From positions 1-45,270 of the forward strand of contig JBARIF010000065.1 of the NCBI GenBank assembly GCA_049799615.1: a stretch of DNA of 45,270 nt. Direction: 5' to 3'. Origin of the DNA: Terriglobales bacterium. GTDB taxonomy: Bacteria; Acidobacteriota; Terriglobia; Terriglobales; Acidobacteriaceae. A program made the translations under genes and the position numbers. Under the pieces are notes generated by a model that was not told where the DNA came from, searched no databases, and saw only the letters and a program-made list of their open reading frames with translations. This document shows positions 17,262 to 25,987 of the stretch, one piece after another. The stretch's first letter is position 1. Each line of letters opens with the position of its first letter.

Positions 17262-18968
17262 ATGAATTCAGCATGGGGATCGGTTTCCTGGATTGTTCAA
17301 CTGGCAGAGCGCCATATTTCCACGAGGGCGAAGCTAGAAAGGGCCAATCTGTGGGAAAAGAGGACAAGTATCAACCGCAGGATTTCGAGCAGCATCGTCA
17401 TACTGTTATTGCTTTGCGCTGGCAAAAGTGTTGCGGCGGCCGACTGGCCGACTTTCGGGGGTGATCCGCAGCGTTCGGGCTCGGTTGAGGATAGTTTGCT
17501 CTCTCCCGCAAAGGCAGCTGATCTGGAGCTCAAGTGGTCAGTACAGGTGGACAATGTCCCGCTGGCATTGAACTCGTTGATGGCGCCAGTTGTAGCGAAC
17601 AACGTCTCTACGTCCCAAGGCAGCAAGACGGTGGTCTACATCGCTGGGTCTTCGGATACTTTTTTTGCTCTTGATTCTCAGGACGGCAAAGTTCTATGGA
17701 CCCGTACGTTTGACTCGTCCGTCGTGCCCGACGACGACAGCTTCTATCTTTGCCCTAACTCCGTAAACGCCACCCCCACGATCGATAAAGTTGGGAGCGT
17801 CATCTACACCATTGCTCGGGACGGCAAGTTGTATGGTCTTGACCTGGCATCGGGAGCTCCGAAATTCGGGCCTTTCCAATTCATTCCCGCCTTCGCTAAA
17901 GCCTGGAGTCTCAACTTCTACGAGGGAGTGGTCTACACATCCACGTCTCAAGGCTGCGGAGGCGATCGCTCAGGGATCTACGCGATGGATGTGAAAGATG
18001 CAATGCACCCGGTCGTTCACGAACTCTTAGTTCGGAGAGGCGGCGGCGCAGGGATGTGGACACGGGGCGGGGTGGTGATTGACAGGAACCGTCGATTGCA
18101 CACTTCCACGGGCGATGGAAACTTCGACCCGGCTGCAGGGGACTATGGGAGCAGCTTCCTGACAACTACGCTGGGAGATTTGCAGTTACTCGACCACTAC
18201 ACGCCCTCGAACTGGAAGGAAATCAACAAGCTCGATCTCGACATGCCATCGGGAGGCATTGTCACATTTCCTTACGGGAAATACGATCTGGTTGCGGGAG
18301 GCGGCAAAGAATCCGTCATATATTTGTTGAATGCAAGTTCTCTGGGGGGCACGGACCATCACACGCCCCTTTATCTCACCCCAGCGCTAGCGAATGACGA
18401 CAAAGCACTCGAACAGAAAGGTATGTGGGGCGCGCCTGCAGTGTGGACAGACAAACAGACGAAAGAGACATGGCTCTACGTTACCGTCTGGGGCCCGGTC
18501 TCGAAAAACGCTCCCCGTTTTGCCATCACGAATGGAGAGGTTCCTCACGGTTGCATCATGGCATTCAAGGTAGTTCTTGACAGCAAGACGCGGCAGCCAA
18601 CTCTTGAACCTGCCTGGATTTCTCCTGATTTCAATTTGCCTGATCCACCGGTCGTGGCCAACGGCGTGCTGTTCGCTCTTTCGACGGGTGAAAACCCACA
18701 GCAGCAGCATATGCAGGGACTTCTGCATTACAAGAGCAAGGAGGAATGGAAAAGGAACCTTTTGACCACAGAAGAAAGAGGGATGGGAACGCATCCAGCC
18801 GAACTATTCGCTCTGGATGCGAAGACCGGGAAGCTTCTCTACAAAAGCTTCAACTCCATGAAAGATTGGGTCCACTTCAGTGGACTGGCCGTGGCCGATG
18901 GCCGGATCTATGCAGTCGACCATAGTTCTCGTGTTTATTGCTTCGGTCTCAAGGACAAACAGAAATGA
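17262..18968 (+). CDS. Exported PQQ-like beta-propeller repeat protein
   Basis: SIVILLLLCAGKSVAAADWPTFGGDPQRSG is followed by repeated propeller blades (VYIAGSSDTFFALDSQDGKVLW, YTIARDGKLYGLDLASG, RIYAVDHSSRVYCFG). The start is uncertain: the track uses a TTG at 17244 and the first ATG is at 17262. Confidence 0.7.
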   Translation: MNSAWGSVSWIVQLAERHISTRAKLERANLWEKRTSINRRISSSIVILLLLCAGKSVAAADWPTFGGDPQRSGSVEDSLLSPAKAADLELKWSVQVDNVPLALNSLMAPVVANNVSTSQGSKTVVYIAGSSDTFFALDSQDGKVLWTRTFDSSVVPDDDSFYLCPNSVNATPTIDKVGSVIYTIARDGKLYGLDLASGAPKFGPFQFIPAFAKAWSLNFYEGVVYTSTSQGCGGDRSGIYAMDVKDAMHPVVHELLVRRGGGAGMWTRGGVVIDRNRRLHTSTGDGNFDPAAGDYGSSFLTTTLGDLQLLDHYTPSNWKEINKLDLDMPSGGIVTFPYGKYDLVAGGGKESVIYLLNASSLGGTDHHTPLYLTPALANDDKALEQKGMWGAPAVWTDKQTKETWLYVTVWGPVSKNAPRFAITNGEVPHGCIMAFKVVLDSKTRQPTLEPAWISPDFNLPDPPVVANGVLFALSTGENPQQQHMQGLLHYKSKEEWKRNLLTTEERGMGTHPAELFALDAKTGKLLYKSFNSMKDWVHFSGLAVADGRIYAVDHSSRVYCFGLKDKQK

Positions 18969-19014
18969 CGGCGCCAATATTGCGCGAGGATGTCTTCTTT
19001 AAGGACGCGTCAAG

Positions 19015-19788
19015 ATGCGTATGAGAGTCGCTCGCTTCCTCGGACGAAGAGCAGTGTGGCTTGGTTTCCTTCTAGCCGTTCTAACCTCCGGGCTGTTTGG
19101 ACCCGCCGTCGCCCAGTCGAAGCCCTCGGGTGATCTGCATGTTCTCATCGTCACGGGAGGGCATGATTTTGACGAAGCTGGCTTTTTTGAAATGTTCCGG
19201 CAGATGAAGGGAATAGTTTTTACCCATGTGGCCTATGGTCAGGGAGCCGAAGAGAAACTGAGCCGCGATGGGGCCAAAGAATTTGACGCAATCGTTTTCT
19301 ACGACATGCACCAGGACAAGGAGCCGCAGTGGAAGGGGATCGAACAACTGCTCACCCAGGGAAAGGGCATATTGTTCCTTCACCACTCGCTATGGTCGTA
19401 TGACGGGACCTGGCCGGAGTACCGGTGGATTCTGGGAGGCAGGGCATCGTCAAAAGAGCAGGTCGTGCCTGGATCAAGCCCGACTTCAACCTACAAACAT
19501 GATCAGCAAGTCCATGTGCGCATCGCCGATGGTTCCAGTCCAGTCACGAAAGGCCTGCACGACTTCGATATTGTCGACGAGACCTACAACCACTATTGGG
19601 TTGATCCCAAGGTGCACCCGCTACTGACAACCGACAACGATACGAGTGAACATGTGATCGGGTGGAGCCACAAGTACAAGAAGTCCCGCATTGTTTACAT
19701 CGAGCTGGGTCACGGTCCATCGGCATATCAGACCCCGGAGTACCGGACCCTGGTTCAACAAGCGATCTCCTGGGTTAGCAGAAGATGA
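19015..19788 (+). CDS. Exported ThuA-domain (trehalose-utilisation-like, class-I glutamine amidotransferase-like fold) protein
   Basis: A signal peptide is followed by LHVLIVTGGHDFDE, FDAIVFYDM, GKGILFLHHSL and ETYNHYW, typical of PF06283. Confidence 0.8.
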   Translation: MRMRVARFLGRRAVWLGFLLAVLTSGLFGPAVAQSKPSGDLHVLIVTGGHDFDEAGFFEMFRQMKGIVFTHVAYGQGAEEKLSRDGAKEFDAIVFYDMHQDKEPQWKGIEQLLTQGKGILFLHHSLWSYDGTWPEYRWILGGRASSKEQVVPGSSPTSTYKHDQQVHVRIADGSSPVTKGLHDFDIVDETYNHYWVDPKVHPLLTTDNDTSEHVIGWSHKYKKSRIVYIELGHGPSAYQTPEYRTLVQQAISWVSRR

Positions 19789-19837
19789 TCGTGCATCGTC
19801 CAGGCGGTGCCTTAGAAAGGACTTCGGAGCAGTCCTA

Positions 19838-20302
19838 ATGGGATCTAGAGTATTGTGCGTTGCCGCGATCACGTTTGCCGCCATGGTCTGCGGGGCCACG
19901 GTGCCGCCTGCGAATCCTGCTTCAGAGAAGTGGGAAGCGCCAGCCGACGCCGCCGCCAAAGTCAATCCGGGAAGCAAGAACCGGGCCGCCATCGTGCATG
20001 GCCGCAAGCTGTTCAATCACACCTGTGCCCGATGTCACGAGGAAGATGGCAGCGGGCAGAACGGTGGAGCGGCCAACCTCCGTTGCCCCCAGGTGCAGAG
20101 CCAAAGCGATGGTGCCCTGTTCTGGAAGGTTCGCGTTGGCAATACCACCAATGGCATGCCGTCTTTCACGGCCCTGCCGGAAAACGACCGCTGGGATATC
20201 GTTACGTTTCTTAGGACCTTGAGACAGCCCTGCGATACTCCGAGTTCCAACGGAGAAAAAAAGGATACGCCACCTAACTCGGATGAGCACAAGCCCCAAT
20301 AG
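19838..20302 (+). CDS. Monohaem c-type cytochrome, exported
   Basis: The signal is MGSRVLCVAAITFAAMVCG. There is a CXXCH haem motif (CARCH) and a distal GMPSF (Met ligand region). Confidence 0.8.
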   Translation: MGSRVLCVAAITFAAMVCGATVPPANPASEKWEAPADAAAKVNPGSKNRAAIVHGRKLFNHTCARCHEEDGSGQNGGAANLRCPQVQSQSDGALFWKVRVGNTTNGMPSFTALPENDRWDIVTFLRTLRQPCDTPSSNGEKKDTPPNSDEHKPQ

Positions 20303-20325
20303 GAACCTATCAGCAGGGCGAGCGG

Positions 20326-21942
20326 CTAGTTGATAATCAAATGACGCCAGTAGGCGTTTCCAGCTTCATGATGCGGGATCAACACTCGCTGGTAAAGTCG
20401 CACGACCACTTCCTGAGTTCGGTACCTGGAAAGATCAAGGTCAATGTCCTGCCAATTTCGTCCTTCGGACAAGCCTTCGATAAGCTTATCCAGAACGCGG
20501 TCGTCATTGACGTAGACCTGCAGCTGCCAGGCTCGGCCTGAATCGGCGGCAACCTGAAACTTCAAAAAGGGCTCAGTTCCCAGACGCAAACTGCGCCTCA
20601 AAACCGTTCCGCGGACTTCGTCTCTGGGGTAGGTGGCAAGTACCTCTCCGTCCAAATAGGTGATGCCCCGGATTCCGGGCATACCACCGCCTGCGCCCCC
20701 GAAGCCGGCGCGCTGCAGCGTCCATTCCGGGTTCCAATACTGCATCAGGTCGGCCAGGGCAAAGAGTTCGGCGGGCTGAGTAACAGGACTCTCGACTGGG
20801 ATGTGAATGGCGTCTTGATCATTCCTGGCACCGTGCGCAGCGAGAATCGACTCTCCGATTCGGACGGTTCTGCGGGCCAACTCCAGAATGCTCTCATCCA
20901 CCGGCGGGGTGAGTTGCAGATCACCCATTTTGCTGCCGACGATGCGATCATGAAGTTCCGAGACCGCCTCGGGGGGAAGGGCCTTGGTTCCGTGCATGGC
21001 AGCAACCACCGATTCCGAATTGGCGGTGTTACAGTCGGTATCGGCAAAATCAGCAGCGTGAACGGATAGCTGCAACGTCTGGTTGAAATCGCCCTCGCCG
21101 AACCACACGCTGGCGGCTACAATGCCCCCATTGACCACTGCGTTGTTCGTTGCCGGATATTCAATTCCCCAGCGCTGGTCGACGGCCTGGAAAATCTGTT
21201 GCGGCGTGCTGCCAGAGTCGGCCATGGCAATCACCATATCCAGGCACTTTCGGTAGGGTGAGTCGGGATGAATCAAACTCGCCGCTTTACGGACGATCGC
21301 GTGCGAATCTTTCTCGGTGAATGCCAGGCTGACCATGCCGGCAACGAAGACAGCTCCATCCGTACCTTCCGCGTAACCGTTAATGTGGCCGAGCCGTCGA
21401 GCGATTTCGCCGGCGACATTTGGCATGCCAGGTGCGAGTACGCCGTAGACATCGCTGCTGAACTGCGGCCCGATGGTCCACCACAGCTTGTTGTATCTCG
21501 GGTGCCCAGTGTCGGGCGGTTTGACTCCTCGCTTCAATAGCAGCAGGGCCTGTTCACTGGAACCCCACGAACCCGCGTTGTTCTCCAGCCACTGTTGCCC
21601 GAGTTGTTGCACGGTAAGAGAGATACCATATTTTTCGAACGCTCGGACCGCGACCATTTCGTAGTAGTAATCGTCATCGACGGGAGCGTATCCCGGAAGG
21701 TGTGTCAATGGAGTTACGGGCAGGGTTGAAGCGGTTCGATGTTCGAAACGAACGCCGGTCATCTGGCCAATCATCTGGGCCAGCCAAATGGCATGGACGC
21801 GGTCAAGGTAGTCTGCGTGCGATATAACCAGAGACGCATGACCGGCGGCCGCCTCTCGTGGCAAAGGTTGGGAGTGCGCAATTGAAATCACGAAAAGCAC
21901 AATCACCAAGGAACTCAGCCACAGGGCATGATGACGGGTCAT
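20326..21942 (-). CDS. Exported ADP-ribosylglycohydrolase (ARH/DraG)-fold protein, paralogue 2, with different C-terminal domain
   Basis: The signal is MTRHHALWLSSLVIVLFVISIAHSQ. The motifs are AIWLAQMIGQMTGVRFEH, VDDDYYYEMVAVRAF and ADFADTDCNTANSESVVAAMHG. The C-terminal ~150 aa is unrelated to that of 1273-2922. Confidence 0.8.
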   Translation of the reverse strand: MTRHHALWLSSLVIVLFVISIAHSQPLPREAAAGHASLVISHADYLDRVHAIWLAQMIGQMTGVRFEHRTASTLPVTPLTHLPGYAPVDDDYYYEMVAVRAFEKYGISLTVQQLGQQWLENNAGSWGSSEQALLLLKRGVKPPDTGHPRYNKLWWTIGPQFSSDVYGVLAPGMPNVAGEIARRLGHINGYAEGTDGAVFVAGMVSLAFTEKDSHAIVRKAASLIHPDSPYRKCLDMVIAMADSGSTPQQIFQAVDQRWGIEYPATNNAVVNGGIVAASVWFGEGDFNQTLQLSVHAADFADTDCNTANSESVVAAMHGTKALPPEAVSELHDRIVGSKMGDLQLTPPVDESILELARRTVRIGESILAAHGARNDQDAIHIPVESPVTQPAELFALADLMQYWNPEWTLQRAGFGGAGGGMPGIRGITYLDGEVLATYPRDEVRGTVLRRSLRLGTEPFLKFQVAADSGRAWQLQVYVNDDRVLDKLIEGLSEGRNWQDIDLDLSRYRTQEVVVRLYQRVLIPHHEAGNAYWRHLIIN

Positions 21943-22088
21943 ACTCTCCTCTCTGGAATTCAGTCCACTTTCAATCGCGCCGGATCACTCCTCATGGCAG
22001 CGGGCTGCCCGAGTCGGCCATGGCAAAGGCCCTGCCATCAGCGTCTCTCCTGTGCTGAATGGGCAACAATCGTCCAACACACCAAAAA

Positions 22089-22102
22089 TTGAAAGCTTTC
22101 AA
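22089..22102. promoter_or_regulatory. Perfect 14-bp palindrome TTGAAAGCTTTCAA (LacI-family operator-like) with TACAAT -10-like hexamer at 22110-22115
   Basis: The sequence is self-complementary at 14/14 positions. It lies in the divergent intergenic region between 20326-21942(-) and 22261-23217(+). Confidence 0.45.
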
Positions 22103-22260
22103 ATGATGATACAATCACCCCGGACCGAAGCGAATTTAATCGGTGACTTCTCGAGCATCAGGAGATACCGTGACGCTTAAGTTGCCTGTGAGCTACGTCC
22201 TTCTCTCCTCAATACAGGCACTCATCCCACCCGGCACACTCAGCAAGCTGCAAGACAACC

Positions 22261-23217
22261 ATGAATAAGCGCGAATTTTTAAGGGCGGCGGCAGCGATCG
22301 TGGCTTCAACAGTCGCTCCGCGATTCTCCTACGGTGAATCGCAACCTGTGCCCAAGACTTACGTCTACAAGACGGCTGGTGGATGTGAGATCAGGGCTGA
22401 TGTTTACGGTTCAGAGGTGACACGCCGAAAGCCAGTTATCCTCTGGATTCACGGAGGAGCTCTGATTGCTGGGTCGAGAGCAACTCCTCCGCAATGGTTG
22501 GATCCGGACGGACGCTACGTCATCGCCTCGATCGATTACCGCCTGGCGCCTGAAACCAAGCTGCCCGCTATTGTCGAGGATATCCAAGATGCTTACCGAT
22601 GGGTGTACGAGCAAGGCCCGGGGCTTTTTCACATCGATTCGGAGAGGGTGGCTGTGGCCGGCCTGTCGGCGGGCGGCTATTTGACCCTAATGACGGGGTT
22701 CTCGGTCAGTCCCCGCCCGAGGGTGCTGCTTTCACTCTCGGGATATGGAGACATCACCTCGTCCTGGTATGGCCGGCCCAGTCCCTACTACCTGCGGCAA
22801 CCGGCGATATCTAAAGAACAGGCTTATCGATCCGTCGGAACGCGTTGCCTGACTGCGTCCAAAGAAGGGGATAACCGCTGGACCTTCTACTTATATTGTC
22901 GTCAGCAAGGGATCTGGCCCAAGGAGGTGGCGGGCCACGATCCCAATGCTGAACTCAAATGGTTCGATGCCTATTGCCCGGTACGCAATGTGTCGACGAC
23001 GTACCCGCCCACGCTATTGATTCATGGAAGCGCGGACACAGACGTGCCCTACGAGGAATCCGTAAAGATGGACGAGAAGCTGTCCCAGTTCAAAGTAGAG
23101 CACGAATTTCTGCGCGTCCCCGGCGGTAGCCATTGCCTGGAAGATGACCCCCCGGCCGTAAGCACTCCGGTTTTTCGCCAAGCGATGGAATTTGTCAGAG
23201 CGCAGATGATGAGTTGA
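22261..23217 (+). CDS. Exported alpha/beta hydrolase (esterase/lipase, HGG-type)
   Basis: The TAT-like N-terminus is MNKREFLRAAAAIVASTVAP. The motifs are the oxyanion WIHGGALIAGS, the nucleophile elbow GLSAGG, and HGSADTDVP. Confidence 0.8.
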   Translation: MNKREFLRAAAAIVASTVAPRFSYGESQPVPKTYVYKTAGGCEIRADVYGSEVTRRKPVILWIHGGALIAGSRATPPQWLDPDGRYVIASIDYRLAPETKLPAIVEDIQDAYRWVYEQGPGLFHIDSERVAVAGLSAGGYLTLMTGFSVSPRPRVLLSLSGYGDITSSWYGRPSPYYLRQPAISKEQAYRSVGTRCLTASKEGDNRWTFYLYCRQQGIWPKEVAGHDPNAELKWFDAYCPVRNVSTTYPPTLLIHGSADTDVPYEESVKMDEKLSQFKVEHEFLRVPGGSHCLEDDPPAVSTPVFRQAMEFVRAQMMS

Positions 23218-23457
23218 GTGGTCCTGCTGGCTTCTTTTTCGGCCCAAACGGGGGTCGTTATTTCGGTATCCCAGGCACGCTTACGATCACGCGTTCTGTG
23301 CCAGCTGTGTGTTGCGCCGGGAGTTCTTTCCATCGTCAAATGAAAGGTGGACGTTAGCCGGCGCACTGACTCCGGTCACATCGCGCGAACGCGAATCTCC
23401 CCTGCGGGATCCTTCACACGCCCGTCTCGTCTGAGCGAGGAGTATGATTCGTCGAAG

Positions 23458-24447
23458 ATGAGCAATTTTCGTCCTGCTAAGTCCGTGAAGACGCTGAACG
23501 AAGTATTTTCCTCACTATCGACGCGCCGCCGCTATGAAGTTTGGTTCCTTCGCCTGGGTCTGGCCGATGGTGAGGGGGCTTGGTGGTTCCGATATCTGCT
23601 GATGAATCCGGGGCGAGGGGGTTGTCCTGGAAACCCGGCGGGAATGCCGGTCCAACTGTGGGCCACTTGGTTTCCAAAAGATGGAAAACCTCAAAGCTTT
23701 ATTCAAGGATTTCCCCTGGCGGGTCTGGACCTGAGTGCCAGGGGGCAATATCCGGTCCATTTCCGAATCGGCGACAATGAGATGCAGGAGAACTCCTGCC
23801 GGGCAGCGTTGGAAATGCAGGGACACTCGATTTCCTGGGACCTGCGATTTCATTCCACATTTCGGGTCACGCTGAGCAGCAAGGGCTGGATTGGTTTTTC
23901 ACGAACGCCGCATTCGGACGCACTCTTTTCCGGGCAGATCATGCTGGATGGGCGCCGCTTTCAAGGCGATCCGCTGGGGTTTGGAGTGCAAGGGCATAAC
24001 TGTGGCTACCGGCATCGAAAGTTCTGGCGTTGGGCTCACGCGTATTTTCTCCGGCCTGACGGTGCGCCAAGCACGTTTGAAGTCCTGGTGTACGAAATGC
24101 CGTTCGGGCTGCTGTTTCGCAGAGCGGTGCTATGGCATAACGCAGAACAGCGCGTCTTTCGTAATTTGAAGGAGACCAGAAGTGACCAGGAGAATTTGTG
24201 GTGGGAATTCCGTTGTGTCACGCGCGATGGATTCGAACTGGAAGTTGCGCTCGACGGTCGCGGCGCCAGCCTGCATCGCCTGCCTTACTTAACGACGGAC
24301 TGCAGGGGCAGCGTACAAGTGATGAACAACAGCCTGGCGAGAGCGACCCTCAACCTGAAGCCACGCGGCGGATCGGTGGAGAAATTAGAAACGACTACTG
24401 GGGCGGTACTGGAGATGGGCAGTGCGGGAAATCACTGGGAGGCTTGA
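23458..24447 (+). CDS. Conserved-looking hypothetical protein, beta-rich, W/F/R-rich (possible tocopherol-cyclase/CrtC-like barrel; weak)
   Basis: A long ORF with coding-like composition. YEVWFLRLGL...GAWWFRYLL and HNCGYRHRKFWRWAHAYF are reminiscent of the tocopherol-cyclase/AttH-CrtC superfamily, but I cannot confirm this. I take the start as the ATG at 23458; there is no clear SD. Confidence 0.5.
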   Translation: MSNFRPAKSVKTLNEVFSSLSTRRRYEVWFLRLGLADGEGAWWFRYLLMNPGRGGCPGNPAGMPVQLWATWFPKDGKPQSFIQGFPLAGLDLSARGQYPVHFRIGDNEMQENSCRAALEMQGHSISWDLRFHSTFRVTLSSKGWIGFSRTPHSDALFSGQIMLDGRRFQGDPLGFGVQGHNCGYRHRKFWRWAHAYFLRPDGAPSTFEVLVYEMPFGLLFRRAVLWHNAEQRVFRNLKETRSDQENLWWEFRCVTRDGFELEVALDGRGASLHRLPYLTTDCRGSVQVMNNSLARATLNLKPRGGSVEKLETTTGAVLEMGSAGNHWEA

Positions 24448-25358
24448 GCCTTGGCGAGGCGCTGGGCGATGATGCTGTAGGCTGACGGGTTAAATGCCAT
24501 CCCGATGTGCGTGCCTGGGACTTCAAAATCGGCCTCAGGATCCTTGGTCATGCAATATCGCCAATTCACGATGCCGTCATCGCGGGTATAGATCGCCGTC
24601 TGCAGCATGGAGTCCGGAATATCACGCTTCAAGGAATCAACAAAATTGCAGGTACAACGTCCGGTGTAACAGTGGGGCAGCACTCCACGGCCATGCTCTT
24701 GCAGGATCCGCAGGCGGACGGCCTCCGCGGCGTGGAGAACAGCGGGGCTGGTTACGGTGCCTCGAATAGGAGCGGCCAGGGTAATTACCGAGGCAACATC
24801 GCGTGACCTCTGACGTGCCACCGCGCGCGCGATGACTCCTCCCAGGCTATGACCGATCAGGTGAATTTTGCGTCCCGTCTCCACCCGGGCTTTTTCTATG
24901 GTCTCGTTCAGATGACGCTGGATGAGAAGATTCGGGCAATCGGCGTTGATCCCAATGCCGGAAAAATACGGCCGGTAACCGATGCGCGCCAGCCAACCAT
25001 GGAGTTCCATCAAATAAAGGTCGGTGCCGAGAAAACCGGGGATGATGACGACTCCGGACTCATCCCCGTGGGGCACGCCGAAGCCGTAGTAAATGGGAGT
25101 TGCGTGCAGCAGTAGAATCTCGGCGGCGAAGAGCGCTTCCGTCCAAGGTGAGAAATCAATGCTGGAATGGGCCTGCGGGGTATGTTGGCGGGCCCGAGCC
25201 CACGATCGACCTGTTGCCCTTTTCTGTTTGCGCAATTTCGTCCTGGCTCGGCGCGGCCTCCGAGCATATGTGCTATCACGCGGCTGCAACAGGCCGACGC
25301 TTGACCACCGAAAGTATAACTCGATATTTCTCCCGCCTCCATAGCACATTCGAGCCAT
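24432..25358 (-). CDS. Alpha/beta hydrolase (lipase/esterase-like), co-transcribed with phaR
   Basis: The motifs are IIPGFLGTD and the GHSLGG nucleophile elbow. The Met at 25358 lies 7 nt downstream of the phaR stop. The longer track ORF (to 25451) would overlap phaR by 86 nt. Confidence 0.7.
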   Translation of the reverse strand: MARMCYGGGRNIELYFRWSSVGLLQPRDSTYARRPRRARTKLRKQKRATGRSWARARQHTPQAHSSIDFSPWTEALFAAEILLLHATPIYYGFGVPHGDESGVVIIPGFLGTDLYLMELHGWLARIGYRPYFSGIGINADCPNLLIQRHLNETIEKARVETGRKIHLIGHSLGGVIARAVARQRSRDVASVITLAAPIRGTVTSPAVLHAAEAVRLRILQEHGRGVLPHCYTGRCTCNFVDSLKRDIPDSMLQTAIYTRDDGIVNWRYCMTKDPEADFEVPGTHIGMAFNPSAYSIIAQRLAKAQASQ

Positions 25359-25365
25359 GGTGCCT

Positions 25366-25893
25366 TTAGCGTTTCCTCGGCTTGGATCGTTTTCGTCGTG
25401 CGGGTTTTTCGAGGCGTGCCTCCAGTTCTGCCAGTCGCTGGCGCAACCCATCGAGTTCCGGCTCGGTCTGGGCTTGCGGCTGGGCGGGTGGCGACTCGCC
25501 CAGAAGCTTCTTCATCATGTCCATGGGGGACAGAATAGCGGACTGGACCTCGCCCAAACGGCTGTGCACCGCGTCCTGTACCTTCTGATAGGCGTCGAAG
25601 GCGGATTTCAAGTACCACATGATGAACTCCTGCCGAACCTCATCGGAGGCGATGACGAGCTGGCGCAGCAGTTCGAGGGGCAGCCCGGTGGGCTTGTCCC
25701 TGGCATCTTCCATGATGACCTGGGTCAGAGTGACACGGGTAAGATCCTGCCCGGTTTTTGCGTCCACCACCTGGACCGGCTTGCCTTCACGAACGAATGC
25801 GGCGATATCGTCGAGATTCACATAGCGGCTGGCGCTGGTATCGTACAGCCTGCGGTTGCCATATTTCTTGATGACGATGGTGCCTGGTTTCAT
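25366..25893 (-). CDS. phaR: Polyhydroxyalkanoate synthesis repressor PhaR
   Basis: The N-terminus MKPGTIVIKKYGNRRLYDTSASRYVNLDDIAAFVREGKPVQVVD is the PhaR DNA-binding domain signature. An SD (GGAGGCGGG) precedes the ATG at 25893. The C-terminal tail is basic (ARRKRSKPRKR). Confidence 0.85.
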   Translation of the reverse strand: MKPGTIVIKKYGNRRLYDTSASRYVNLDDIAAFVREGKPVQVVDAKTGQDLTRVTLTQVIMEDARDKPTGLPLELLRQLVIASDEVRQEFIMWYLKSAFDAYQKVQDAVHSRLGEVQSAILSPMDMMKKLLGESPPAQPQAQTEPELDGLRQRLAELEARLEKPARRKRSKPRKR

Positions 25894-25933
25894 CCCGCCT
25901 CCTATGTTGCAGTGCACACAGTGAAAATACATA

Positions 25934-25962
25934 TTGACACAGATTAACCAGGTTCGTATAGT
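25934..25962 (+). promoter_or_regulatory. Near-consensus sigma70-type promoter TTGACA-N17-TATAGT for the phasin-like gene
   Basis: TTGACA lies at 25934-25939 and TATAGT at 25957-25962, with an exact 17-nt spacer. GGAGG at 26006-26010 precedes the ATG at 26018. Confidence 0.5.
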
Positions 25963-25970
25963 TTAGTTAG

Positions 25971-25987
25971 ATGCTGCAGCGCAGCAT
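25971..25987. promoter_or_regulatory. TGC-rich inverted repeat ATGCTGC-N3-GCAGCAT, candidate PhaR operator
   Basis: The 7-bp arms are perfect. The repeat starts 9 nt after the -10 hexamer, in the phaR/phasin divergent region. Confidence 0.45.

Noticed and set aside
16981-17265. 94-aa TTG-initiated ORF as a real gene.
   Set aside because: It encodes only a TPR-tail-like fragment followed by low-complexity sequence, and it overlaps the start region of the propeller gene. I treat it as a relic at most (see finding).
25359-25451. N-terminal extension of the alpha/beta hydrolase ORF to 25451.
   Set aside because: It would overlap the 3' end of phaR by 86 nt and encodes a non-conserved-looking, highly basic peptide. 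The Met at 25358, 7 nt after the phaR stop, is more plausible.
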